DNA of 64,000 nt from Pseudomonadota bacterium. Lineage in GTDB: Bacteria; Pseudomonadota; Gammaproteobacteria; Pseudomonadales; Azotimanducaceae. This document shows, piece by piece, positions 38,873 through 47,964 of the stretch. The DNA lies in the NCBI GenBank assembly GCA_039029135.1, contig JBCCGT010000002.1, positions 86,714 to 150,713 on the forward strand, in the 5' to 3' direction. Below the pieces are notes generated by a model that saw nothing but the letters and a program-made list of their open reading frames with translations, did no database searches and was not told the DNA's origin. Both the position numbers and the translations under genes were made by a program. Each line of letters begins with the position of its first letter. The stretch's first letter is position 1.

Positions 38873-41227
38873 ATGGCAACACAACACCGCCACTGGTGGG
38901 CGCTCGGCTTGGCCGCCGCCTGCACCACCGCGTGGGCACAGGACGACGGCGAACGCCTGCAGGAGACCGTCATTCAGGCGGAACCCACCATTTCAATCGC
39001 GACACGCTCGCTCGGCTCGGAAGAGCTGGTGCAGCAGATGACCGATACGATCGAAGACACGGTGCGCTACATCCCTGGCGTGCAGGTCAACGACAGCGGC
39101 AACCGCTTCAACGACAACGGCTTCAACATTCGGGGTCTGGAAGGCGACTTCGTCGCCGTGACAATCGACGGCGTCGACCAGGGCGAGACCCTGAATCCGC
39201 CTTCCTTCTCTCCCTACGGCTTCTTCGGTTCCAGTCGCGGTGCAATAGAAGTGGAGACGGTCAAGGCCATCCAGGTCACCAAAGGTCCGAACTCGGTCTC
39301 GGTTGGCAACGGCGCGCTGGCGGGCGCGGTTACCTATGTAACCAAGGACCCGAGCGACTTCCTGCAGCCCGACGGCAACGACAGCGCGATCGCCATCAAG
39401 ACCGGCTACGACAGCCGCTCCGATGAGATGATGGTCAGCGCCGCGCTCGCGAACCGCGCCGGACGCGTCGAATCGCTGTTCCAGGCGACCTATCGCGACG
39501 GCCACGAGGTCGAGGCGCACGACAGCGGCGACGACATCAACGGCAGCGCCCGCGGCCAGGCCGACCCCTTCGACCGCGAAGAGCTCGCGCTGTTGGCTAA
39601 GGTCGACTTCGCCGTGCGCGACAACCACACGCTCGGCCTGGTATGGGAAAAGGTGCAGCGCGACATCGATGGCACGCCGCTGTCGAGAGAAGAAGGACCG
39701 ACCTATTTCGACTTCATCACCGACGATCTGAATGACCGTGATCGTATCGGCATCAGCTACGACATAGACGACGCGCAGCTTGGCTTCGCCGACGAGATCG
39801 CCGCGACATTCGACTATCAGTACCTGCACACCCAAGGCATCACGACCTTTGGCTTCAACTCCGCCCGCACGATGGAGCAGTTCCTGCGCCAGGAAGATCG
39901 CGCCTTCAAACAAGAGACCTACCGCGTCGGTCTCGATCTCAGTAAAGAACTGACGCTCGGCAGTCTGGAACACGAGCTCACGTACGGTATCGAGTACGAA
40001 ACTATCGAGGTCAACAACGAGCTGTTCGATAAGCGCTACGTGGGACTGACCATGGATTCGGGTGAACGGTCCTTCAACGTCGACGGCACGTGGGTCCCGG
40101 AAACCGACATCGATCGTTTCAGCCTCTATCTGCGCGATGAAGTCCGTTTCACCGATCGCGTCAGCGGATTCGCCGGGGTTCGCGTCGACAGCACGGAGTA
40201 CTCGCCGGAGGTGGATGACCGCTTCCCTGATCCGACGGGTGACACCTTATTCGACGCGGACTTTACCGCCTGGGCCGGTGAGATCGGCCTGCGCGTCGAG
40301 GTTGCCGATGGCCACAGCATCGCGGCGTCCGTCAGCCAAGGCTACAAGGCACCGACCACGCAGGATCTGTTCCTGGACGTCGGCAGCGGTTTCGTCACTG
40401 ACATCACCACCGGCAACGAGGTGCTGGACATCGAGGAAGTCTCGAATCCGGACCTGGATCCGGAGCGTTCGACCAACTACGAGCTGTCGTACCTGTTCCA
40501 GCGCGGCCGCACGCGTATCGAGCTCACGGGCTTCTTCACGGACTACGATGAGTTCATCCAGAACGTATCGGACGCCGTGCCCTACGCTCAGCCGATCACG
40601 GTACAGGAATTCAGCTTCGCCACCTTCACCTTCGTCAATGTCACCAGGACCGAAGACGCTTTCGTAAGGGCGGAAAACGTCGGTGCGGTCGAGCTGTTTG
40701 GCTTCGAACTGGACGGCCAGTTCGCATTCAACGACCAGTGGTCGGTGCGCTTCGGCTACTCTCACGTCGAGGGCGAGCACAAGTCTTCGAGCCTCAGCCA
40801 GATCAACGGGTTCCAGGATGGCGACGATCTCGTAACAGCGTCGCCGGACTCGGCTCTGCTGTCGCTGCGCTATCAGGCACCGCAAGGTAACTGGGGCGGC
40901 TCCGCCAACTTCGTCTGGACCGACGGCGTCGATGAGTCAACGGATGCGAGCTTCACGTCGCTCAACAACGGCGAAGGTCCCGTGCACTACCCCGACTCCT
41001 GGACGACGCTGGATCTGATCGGCTTCTACCAGTTCGAGCAGCTCGGCGGTCTGCGCCTCTCCGTGGCCGTGCGCAACGTCTGGGACGAAGACTATGTGCG
41101 CTGGGAAGTGATCAACGGCGTGCGTCCCGGCAACGGCGGCTTCTTCGCCGGCGCCAGCGGCAACGGCTTCGAGCGCTTCTCCGATCCCGGACGCAGCGTC
41201 TCAGTCGACCTCAGCCTGAACTTCTGA
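38873..41227 (+). CDS. TonB-dependent outer-membrane receptor (siderophore/haem type)
   Basis: The ATG at 38873 follows GGGGAAAGG. Signal peptide ...ACTTAWAQDD. Plug motifs (TVIQAEP, NIRGLEG, IEVETVKAIQVTKGPNSV) and a terminal ...SVDLSLNF. Confidence 0.9.
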   Translation: MATQHRHWWALGLAAACTTAWAQDDGERLQETVIQAEPTISIATRSLGSEELVQQMTDTIEDTVRYIPGVQVNDSGNRFNDNGFNIRGLEGDFVAVTIDGVDQGETLNPPSFSPYGFFGSSRGAIEVETVKAIQVTKGPNSVSVGNGALAGAVTYVTKDPSDFLQPDGNDSAIAIKTGYDSRSDEMMVSAALANRAGRVESLFQATYRDGHEVEAHDSGDDINGSARGQADPFDREELALLAKVDFAVRDNHTLGLVWEKVQRDIDGTPLSREEGPTYFDFITDDLNDRDRIGISYDIDDAQLGFADEIAATFDYQYLHTQGITTFGFNSARTMEQFLRQEDRAFKQETYRVGLDLSKELTLGSLEHELTYGIEYETIEVNNELFDKRYVGLTMDSGERSFNVDGTWVPETDIDRFSLYLRDEVRFTDRVSGFAGVRVDSTEYSPEVDDRFPDPTGDTLFDADFTAWAGEIGLRVEVADGHSIAASVSQGYKAPTTQDLFLDVGSGFVTDITTGNEVLDIEEVSNPDLDPERSTNYELSYLFQRGRTRIELTGFFTDYDEFIQNVSDAVPYAQPITVQEFSFATFTFVNVTRTEDAFVRAENVGAVELFGFELDGQFAFNDQWSVRFGYSHVEGEHKSSSLSQINGFQDGDDLVTASPDSALLSLRYQAPQGNWGGSANFVWTDGVDESTDASFTSLNNGEGPVHYPDSWTTLDLIGFYQFEQLGGLRLSVAVRNVWDEDYVRWEVINGVRPGNGGFFAGASGNGFERFSDPGRSVSVDLSLNF

Positions 41228-41893
41228 CGCTCGGGCCGCGAGGCCCGACAGCTCAACTGCAACCGCGCGCACGCCGTCCGGCGAGCGCTGCGGACCCGCC
41301 CCCGGCGTCAGCACGCCGTACAGCAAAACCGGCGTCAGTACACCCGCCGCTAGCGTGACAAGCGCCTGCCGACGCCGCTGCCGATTGAACAGAACAATCC
41401 CGAACCCGGTCAGCGCAAACACCAGCATGCCGATCGCCGAGACGTCGATGAAGGCCGACCAGACGCCGCCGCTGCCGCGCCCCTTGTGCAGCGCGTTCAG
41501 CACCGCAAGCCACGAGCCGCGATCGATCTCGATGCTCAGCTCAGCCGGCGTCACCAGCACCAGCGCCTGACCCGCGATCAGATCGTATTCGAGCGAGATC
41601 TCCTCGAAGTCCTCGAACTGCTCGATGCGCTGGGGCGTGCCGAGCGTCGTGCGTCGACTGATCTCGGCCTGCAGCCGGGTGAGGTCCGGCGACCACTGCG
41701 AAGGCAGACCCAGCGCCGCCTGCAGAGGTTCGTCCAGCGGCAGGGACCAGCTCTCGGCCGCGGCGTCCTGCCCGTACCAGCCGTGGTTCAGCGCCACGCC
41801 GGTGACCGCGAAGAACGCGAGGCTGGCGAGCAGCACCGCGGAGGTATACAGGTGAATCAGCCGCAGACAGCGCAGCGCCAGTGCCCGGGTCAC
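41201..41893 (-). CDS. PepSY-associated TM-helix protein (short form)
   Basis: The GTG at 41893 overlaps the upstream stop (GTGA). Motifs LRLIHLYTSAVLLASLAFFAVTGVALNH and LHKGRGSGGVWSAFIDVSAIGMLVFALTG are typical PepSY_TM motifs. Its 3' end overlaps the convergent receptor gene by 27 nt. Confidence 0.65.
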   Translation of the reverse strand: MTRALALRCLRLIHLYTSAVLLASLAFFAVTGVALNHGWYGQDAAAESWSLPLDEPLQAALGLPSQWSPDLTRLQAEISRRTTLGTPQRIEQFEDFEEISLEYDLIAGQALVLVTPAELSIEIDRGSWLAVLNALHKGRGSGGVWSAFIDVSAIGMLVFALTGFGIVLFNRQRRRQALVTLAAGVLTPVLLYGVLTPGAGPQRSPDGVRAVAVELSGLAARASEVQAEVD

Positions 41894-43254
41894 TGTGCGG
41901 TCCGTTCGGCGCGCTGCGCGGCTACCAGGTTCGTCAGGCTATCGATCTGGCCGTCCAGGCCGTGCTCGTCGGGATAGGCGCGGCGCACGTCCCGCAGGGT
42001 CGCCAGCGCCGCCTCATAGTCGCCTCGATCGACCGCCACCTGCGCAACCCCAAGCAGGCCATTGCGACGCACCGATTCCAGCGCGCTCGCCCGTTGAAAC
42101 AGCACCGCCGCCTGCGCCAGCGCGCCGGCGGCGCGCTGGGCCTTCGCCAGCGCAATCAGCGCCTGCCCGTTTGCCGCGTCGCGCTCGAGCGCACGGCGGT
42201 AGGCCGCCGTGGCCGCCGCGGCGTCACCGCGCGCGGCGGCGAGGTCGCCGCGCACGGTCATGAGCGCGGACACCTGCACCGCCGACAGCCCGGCGCGACG
42301 CCGCCACTGCGCGTCGGCCAGCGCCTGCGCCTGACGCAGCGCATCGCGTGCCAGCAGCCAGCGGCACAGGCGGATGAGGTCCGCCGGTTCGACCTCTCCC
42401 GCGCCGACGTTCGCCTCCAGCAGCGCCGCCGCGCGGCTGTAGTTGCCGTTGCTCAGATGCAGCTGGGCCGCCGCCTGCCGATTGGCCGGCGTCGCATCTC
42501 CCAGCCGCAGTGCCGCTTCCAGCGAGGCGACCGCCCGATCGGTGTCCTGCTGCTGCAGGGCGAGGCGCGCGCGCTGCTGCCAGACGCTGACGTTGGTCGC
42601 GGCCTCGCCGAGCAGCTGATCGATCAGCGCGCTCGCCGAGCCCGCGTTGCCCGAGGCCACCAGCGCCGTCAGCAGGCCCTGCTGCCACTGCGGGTTGTCG
42701 GGCTCATGCACCAGCGCCGATTGATAGGCGCTGATCGCGCTCCAGGGATGCGCGAGCTTCAGATTCAAATAGCCGAGCTGGCCGTAGGTCTGCACGTCCG
42801 TCGCGCCCAGGCTCAGTGCCCGCGCGAGCCGATCCCGCGCGGGCCGCTCTTGACCGGTCAGCAGGTAGAGGGTGCCCAGCCCGGCGTTGGCCCGGATGGA
42901 ACCGGGCGCCGCCTCGAGCACGCGGCGGTAGACCTCGATCGCCGCATCGAAGCGACTCAGGATGGCGTGTAGCTGCGCCTCGAGCAGGTCGAGCGCCGGG
43001 CTGTGTGGCGGCGGAAACGCCTGGATGGAGGCGAGCGCGATGTCGTACTGCTCACGGCGCAACAGCGGCCGCAGCTCCTGCGACAGCTCGAACTCTTCCG
43101 CGGCGACGCGCAGATCCTCATCGAGATACAGCTCGCCTTCGGGCGCGAAGCGCCAGGCGGGCTCGCTGACCGCGACCTCAACCGCCGCGGCGCGTTCTGT
43201 CGCGAGCACGAAGAGCGTCAGGGACAGCACGAGACCGACGACGCGACTAGCCAT
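41890..43254 (-). CDS. periplasmic TPR-repeat protein (TtpD-like member of TonB2-type systems)
   Basis: Signal peptide MASRVVGLVLSLTLFVLATERAAA. Ala/Leu-rich TPR-like repeats throughout. Start at the ATG at 43254 (alternative TTG at 43269). Confidence 0.7.
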   Translation of the reverse strand: MASRVVGLVLSLTLFVLATERAAAVEVAVSEPAWRFAPEGELYLDEDLRVAAEEFELSQELRPLLRREQYDIALASIQAFPPPHSPALDLLEAQLHAILSRFDAAIEVYRRVLEAAPGSIRANAGLGTLYLLTGQERPARDRLARALSLGATDVQTYGQLGYLNLKLAHPWSAISAYQSALVHEPDNPQWQQGLLTALVASGNAGSASALIDQLLGEAATNVSVWQQRARLALQQQDTDRAVASLEAALRLGDATPANRQAAAQLHLSNGNYSRAAALLEANVGAGEVEPADLIRLCRWLLARDALRQAQALADAQWRRRAGLSAVQVSALMTVRGDLAAARGDAAAATAAYRRALERDAANGQALIALAKAQRAAGALAQAAVLFQRASALESVRRNGLLGVAQVAVDRGDYEAALATLRDVRRAYPDEHGLDGQIDSLTNLVAAQRAERTAQ

Positions 43255-43894
43255 TAGAGCGAAACTCAATGGGCCAGACGAACCGCGCCCGCACCCGCTC
43301 CCCGTCCTTCTCGGGCGGGCTGAACCGAGCCCGGGCGATGAGCGAGCGTATGCGATCTTCCATCTCGGGATACTCGTTACTCCTGATGCTGCGCAGCCGC
43401 ACGCGACCGGACTCGTCGATCAGCACGGCTAGCTCGACCTTGAAGCGATCGATACCGGCGCGCAGCATGCGGGCCGTGAACTGGATCGACAAGTCCGTCA
43501 ATAGCTGCGGCACGCCGTCCAGCTCGGCCAGCCCAAAGCCGTCGAAGTTGACGGCGAGCAGGTCGTCGAACAGCGGTGTCTCGCGTGGCTGCGCGGGCGG
43601 CTCCAGCGCCTCGAGCTTCAGTTCCGGCGCCTGGACGCGGCTGACGGGCAGCGCCAAGCGAGCGTCGCTGCTGGTCAGCAGATCGAGCGCCATGTCGGCG
43701 TTGGTTGGCGGCTCGCGGACCGCCGGCGGCGGCGGTGGCGGCGGCGCCAGCGCGCTCTCGACCTGCCGCACGACGACGCGCTCCTTGGCGACGAAGGGCG
43801 GCGTGTAAAAATAAAGCGCGAGCAGGCCGACGAGACCGGCCAGCGCCAGCGCCAGGGCGCGCAGCACCGCGAGCGCGGGCTGGGCGGCGATCAC
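43247..43894 (-). CDS. tonB: energy transducer TonB
   Basis: N-terminal TM anchor, Pro-rich spacer APPPPPPPAVREPP, and a C-terminal TonB-like domain. The GTG start overlaps the exbD stop. Confidence 0.8.
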   Translation of the reverse strand: MIAAQPALAVLRALALALAGLVGLLALYFYTPPFVAKERVVVRQVESALAPPPPPPPAVREPPTNADMALDLLTSSDARLALPVSRVQAPELKLEALEPPAQPRETPLFDDLLAVNFDGFGLAELDGVPQLLTDLSIQFTARMLRAGIDRFKVELAVLIDESGRVRLRSIRSNEYPEMEDRIRSLIARARFSPPEKDGERVRARFVWPIEFRSNG

Positions 43895-44307
43895 TGGCCG
43901 TCCTCAGCGACCGTCGCGACGTGCACGGCCTCAGCGCCCGCCAGCTTCGCCTGATCGATCACGCGCACGAGCAGCGCGGTCGGTACGACCGCATCGGCCT
44001 GCACCACCACGGGCTGGCGTCGGTTCGCCAGCAGCGGTTCGAGCGTCGCCCGCACCCCGGCAACGCCGATCCGCGTGCCGCCGTAGACCACCGCGCCGTC
44101 GGCGCCGATGCCGATCAGGAGGACGTTGCGCTCGATCTGTTGGCTGCTGAGCGCGTTCGGCTTGTCGACCTCGATGCCGGTCTCCTTGACGAACACGGTC
44201 GAGACGATAAAGAAGATCAGCAGGATGAACACCACGTCGATCAGCGGGGACAGATCGATGCGGGTCTCTTCCCGGGCCGCCAGCCGCGATTCGAGACTCT
44301 GCCTCAC
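43891..44307 (-). CDS. exbD: biopolymer transporter ExbD/TolR
   Basis: The GTG at 44307 overlaps the exbB stop (GTGA). IDLSPLIDVVFILLIFFIV is the canonical ExbD TM segment. Confidence 0.85.
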   Translation of the reverse strand: MRQSLESRLAAREETRIDLSPLIDVVFILLIFFIVSTVFVKETGIEVDKPNALSSQQIERNVLLIGIGADGAVVYGGTRIGVAGVRATLEPLLANRRQPVVVQADAVVPTALLVRVIDQAKLAGAEAVHVATVAEDGQ

Positions 44308-44681
44308 GCCGCGGCCTCCCGACGTACCGCGCCGCCGAGCAGCGCGAGCAGCACCCAGCCAGGGATCGCGGTGAGCAGGCCGATCTGCGTGGTGACCAGC
44401 GCATCGGCGATGCCGCCGCTGACCAACAGCGATGGGTCGAACCCGCGTTCGATGCTCATCTGCCGAAACGTCGACAGCAGACCAACGATGGTGCCAAGCA
44501 GCCCAAGCAGCGGCAGCACGCTGACCAGCACGCGCAGCGTGGGCAGCACGTTCTGCGTGCGCTGCAGCCAGTCCGCATCGCGACGCTCGAGCAGCAGGTA
44601 GGCGGCCCACGCGAAGGCGGCCAGCGCGGTGCCGAGGATCGCCCAGCAGACCGGATTGCTCAGCGTCGCCCACTTATCCAC
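44304..44681 (-). CDS. exbB: MotA/TolQ/ExbB proton-channel protein (short ExbB)
   Basis: 125 aa. LLGLLGTIVGLLSTF...GGIADALVTTQIGLLTAIP is the ExbB signature. Confidence 0.8.
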   Translation of the reverse strand: MDKWATLSNPVCWAILGTALAAFAWAAYLLLERRDADWLQRTQNVLPTLRVLVSVLPLLGLLGTIVGLLSTFRQMSIERGFDPSLLVSGGIADALVTTQIGLLTAIPGWVLLALLGGAVRREAAA

Positions 44682-45966
44682 GGCGGGCGACCATGTCGAT
44701 ATCGGTTAGCGTAACCGCCGTTTGCTCCAGAGCGCCGGTGTGCGCGCTGGCCCGGCGGCTCAGCAGCGCGTGCAGCACCAGCGCGGGAATAGCGACGATG
44801 AGTCCCAGTTCCGTCGTCACGAGCGCCTCGGAGATGCCGCCCGAGACGACGCTGGGATCGTTGCCGCCGAACAGCGTCATCATGGAAAACGTATTGATCA
44901 TGCCGGACACCGTACCGAGTAGACCCAGGAGCGGCGCCACCGTGGCCGTGACGGCGATGGCGCCGAGAAACCGCTCGAGCCGCTCGCGCTCCGCCACCAG
45001 CGCGCCAAACAGGCGGTCGTCGCGCTGCTCCACCGTGGGCGCTGCGCGCACGATCTCGACGATCTCGGCGCCGATCGGCGGCAGATCCCCCAACCAGCGC
45101 TGCATGGCCGGCTGCTGCCAGGGATCGGCGTCGCCGCTGACGCGCGGCGGCGTCACGATGCGCGGCAGGCGCAGGAACTGCCAGGCCTTGCCCAGCGTGA
45201 TCAGCACGGCGAGACAGGCGAAGCCGAGAATCGGCAGCACCCAGATCCCGCCCTGACGCAGATGGTCGACGATGCCCTGACGCTGACCGCGCGCCGCCAG
45301 GACGCGCCGAATCGTGGGGTCGAGCTGCACGCTCGCGACGCCGTCCCGGCGCAGGGCGCGTAGCGCGTCGAGGTCGCCGCCGCTGAACGGCAGCGCGGCG
45401 AGCGGCAGATCGCCCTCGCGCTCCAGCAGCAGCCCGCCGCCCTCGGCGTCCAGGTACCAGGCGATCGGACCGAGACGCAGCCGCTCGCCGTCCGTGAGCT
45501 GGCCGTCGTCGCGCACGTAGCTCGCGCGCGCGAACGATGGCGCCAGCGCGGTCTCGAACCGGTCGATCGCGTTCGCCAGCACCTCCTGCGCCGGCTGGTC
45601 GACCGCGTCGGAATCGAACTCGCGCAGCAGGTTGGCCTGATACGCCGCCTGAGCGCGCCAGCTACGCACCCGCGTTTCGAGCTGGCCGATGCTGAGCGTC
45701 CGCTCATCGGCCGCACGCCGAGCGGCGGCGGCGGACGCCCGCAGGCGCAGCACGTCCGCATTGACCGCGTTGACCCGCTGCGCCTGGGCGGCCGCCGCGC
45801 GGCCGATATCGCGGGTTTCCCGATCGAGCGCTCGCTGAGACTTGGCGATGTCGTCGCGCAGGCCGGCTAGCAGCGCCGCGTCGCCGTGAGCCCCGCTCGC
45901 GCTCGCTATGAGGAGTGCGGCCAGCAGCCACCGCTCAGACGCTCGCAGCGCTCTCGCGGCCGTCAC
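44674..45966 (-). CDS. large MotA/TolQ/ExbB-family protein with a periplasmic N-terminal domain (TtpC-like)
   Basis: The GTG at 45966 overlaps the DUF3450 gene stop (GTGA). Signal-like WLLAALLIASASGAHG and a coiled-coil region. The C-terminus PLLGLLGTVSGMINTF...GGISEALVTTELGLIVAIPA is ExbB-like. Confidence 0.75.
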   Translation of the reverse strand: MTAARALRASERWLLAALLIASASGAHGDAALLAGLRDDIAKSQRALDRETRDIGRAAAAQAQRVNAVNADVLRLRASAAAARRAADERTLSIGQLETRVRSWRAQAAYQANLLREFDSDAVDQPAQEVLANAIDRFETALAPSFARASYVRDDGQLTDGERLRLGPIAWYLDAEGGGLLLEREGDLPLAALPFSGGDLDALRALRRDGVASVQLDPTIRRVLAARGQRQGIVDHLRQGGIWVLPILGFACLAVLITLGKAWQFLRLPRIVTPPRVSGDADPWQQPAMQRWLGDLPPIGAEIVEIVRAAPTVEQRDDRLFGALVAERERLERFLGAIAVTATVAPLLGLLGTVSGMINTFSMMTLFGGNDPSVVSGGISEALVTTELGLIVAIPALVLHALLSRRASAHTGALEQTAVTLTDIDMVARRG

Positions 45967-46748
45967 GGCGCGACGATCTCGGTCGACACGGGCAGGGCCA
46001 GAAGCTCCAGCCGGCCGCGGCTGCGCTGAGCGTCGACCAGACGTCGCACGGCCGCTGGCGACGCGCCAGCCGGGTCGCCCCAGCGCCAGCCCTCCTGCGT
46101 CGAGTGGCCCACGCCGGCTAGGGTATCGCCGCGGCTGACGTAGTAGCCGTGGCTGAGGCCGATGAAGACCTGCTGCACCTCGACGGTGGCCACGCCAATG
46201 GGCATCTGGGTCTCGTGCAGCGCGATTCGCTGATCGAACTCCGCGAGCGCGTCCAACAGCGCCAGGACGCTGCGCAGCTCGCCGCTGGTGTCGGCCGCGG
46301 CCGCGGCGTTGTCGAGTTCGGCCTGGCAGAGGGCCCGCAGCGGCGGCGGCAGGCGCGGCAGCAGGGCCTCGAGCCGCTTCACGACCGGCGGCAGCGCCGC
46401 CGTCAGCACAGCCGCGTCTGCCTCCAGCGACTCCTGTTCCGCCAGCAGTTCGCCGCGGCGCGCGGACACGTCGTCCTCGACGGCCGCGCGCTGCTCGATC
46501 AGGCGCTCCAGATCGGCCTTCTCGCGTTCCAGCAGCGCCTGCTGTCGTTCGCCCGCGACGCGGCGCTCGCGCCAGTCGGCGTCGAGCTCGCTGCGCTGGC
46601 GCTCGATCGCGCTCCAGCGCCCCACCAGCGCGTCGACCTCGGCGCCGATGCCCGCACCGGGCGCCACGGCGGGTACGCACAGCATCAGGAGACCAAGCGT
46701 CGCCGCACGAGCACGCGTGAACCGGGGAATCAGGCGGGAAGTTGTCAT
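45963..46748 (-). CDS. DUF3450 family protein (TtpB-like first gene of the TonB2-type operon)
   Basis: ATG at 46748 (alternative at 46763). Signal peptide TLGLLMLCVPAVAPGAG. A long coiled-coil is followed by FIGLSHGYYVS, typical of DUF3450. Confidence 0.65.
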   Translation of the reverse strand: MTTSRLIPRFTRARAATLGLLMLCVPAVAPGAGIGAEVDALVGRWSAIERQRSELDADWRERRVAGERQQALLEREKADLERLIEQRAAVEDDVSARRGELLAEQESLEADAAVLTAALPPVVKRLEALLPRLPPPLRALCQAELDNAAAAADTSGELRSVLALLDALAEFDQRIALHETQMPIGVATVEVQQVFIGLSHGYYVSRGDTLAGVGHSTQEGWRWGDPAGASPAAVRRLVDAQRSRGRLELLALPVSTEIVAP

Positions 46749-46902
46749 ATTCAAATTGCGCATCCAGACTGTTTTCTGCGGGCTTTTGCGGGACAAGCTG
46801 CCGCCCGACGAGGCGTCCGACCGCGTCGCTGTCGCAGCTTGCACGCGTCGCTGTCGGGACCGCTGCCGGACGCCTCGGTCCAGCCGTCAGCCTCTCTCAA
46901 AC

Positions 46903-46925
46903 GGCAATGATTCTCGTTTGTATTT
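46903..46925. promoter_or_regulatory. Fur box in the divergent TonB2-operon / EF-hand gene region
   Basis: GGCAATGATTCTCGTTTGTATTT shares the motif AATGAWTCTCGTTT with the box at 56184. Confidence 0.55.
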
Positions 46926-46976
46926 AAACCGCCGGCTGACGATAATCCAAGTGATCGGGACAACGGAGACGAATCG

Positions 46977-47960
46977 ATGTTGGGAGTGAACAACACCAAG
47001 ACCAGCCGGCGCGCTGGGCACCTGACGACGGCCATCTGCGCGCTGTGCTGCACGGCCGGCGCGGTGGCAGGCGATCAGGACGATTTCTGGAGCGATTCCT
47101 ATCGCGAGGTCCGGCGGGTCCAGTTCATCGATCGCTATGACCGCGACGCGGACGGCCGCGTCAGCTCCATTGAATTCGAGCAGGCGCGCCGCGACCGCTT
47201 CGACATCACCGACGAGGACGCAAGCGGCACCGTGTCGCGTGAGGAATACGTCTATGAGTGGGAAGACCGGCTCGACGCGCAGATGATCAAGGACCGAGCG
47301 TCGGAGGTGAAACAGACGCAGGTGCGCTTCGGCGCGCTGGACCGCAACGACGACGAGCGCATGACGTGGCGCGAGTATCAGGCCTCCGGCAAGCGCATGT
47401 TCAAGGCCCACGACGGCAACCGGGACGGCAAGATCGACGCCGAGGAGCCGAATCGCCCGCGCGAACGGGCCCGCACGGCGCGCAAGATCGATCCCGAGCA
47501 GATGAAGGCCTGGCAGCTCGCCCGCGTCAATCGCATGCTGCGCATGCCGAGCACGCACCGCCGCTCGGGCGTGATGGTGCGCTACGACACCGACGGCGAT
47601 GAGCTCGTCACGCGCAAGGAATTCAACGCCCAGCGGCGCAGCGACTTCGACCGTACCGACGCCGACGGCAACGGCTGGCTGAGCGCCGACGAGTACCTCG
47701 CCGAATACGAGGACCGGCTCGACGCCGAGATCGAAATCCAGCGCCGCGAATCGGTCGAGCAGGCAGGTCGACGCTTCGCTGCCCTCGACGATGACGAGGA
47801 CGCCGCCATGACCTTCGCGGAGTATCAGGATTCGGGGCACAGCATGTTCGCGCGCCACGACGCCTCCGGCGACGGCTACGTGACGACCAGCGATCCGCTG
47901 CCGGCGCCGCCGACCCAGGTCGCCGCGGTCACGACGACGAACGACGCGCAGCAGAACTAG
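46977..47960 (+). CDS. secreted multi-EF-hand calcium-binding protein
   Basis: GGAG 8 nt upstream of the start; signal peptide. At least eight DxDxDG-type loops: DRDADGRVSSIEF, DEDASGTVSREEY, DRNDDERMTWREY, DGNRDGKIDAEE, DTDGDELVTRKEF, DADGNGWLSADEY, DDDEDAAMTFAEY, DASGDGYVTTSD. Confidence 0.8.
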   Translation: MLGVNNTKTSRRAGHLTTAICALCCTAGAVAGDQDDFWSDSYREVRRVQFIDRYDRDADGRVSSIEFEQARRDRFDITDEDASGTVSREEYVYEWEDRLDAQMIKDRASEVKQTQVRFGALDRNDDERMTWREYQASGKRMFKAHDGNRDGKIDAEEPNRPRERARTARKIDPEQMKAWQLARVNRMLRMPSTHRRSGVMVRYDTDGDELVTRKEFNAQRRSDFDRTDADGNGWLSADEYLAEYEDRLDAEIEIQRRESVEQAGRRFAALDDDEDAAMTFAEYQDSGHSMFARHDASGDGYVTTSDPLPAPPTQVAAVTTTNDAQQN

Positions 47961-47964
47961 TCGC

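Noticed and set aside
44674-46680. 668-aa version of the TtpC-like ORF, and the 260-aa version of exbD (43891..44673)
   Set aside because: The N-terminal extensions are Arg/Gly/Ala low-complexity sequence and overlap well-supported upstream genes in another frame. In-frame GTG codons that overlap the upstream stops give proteins of canonical size.
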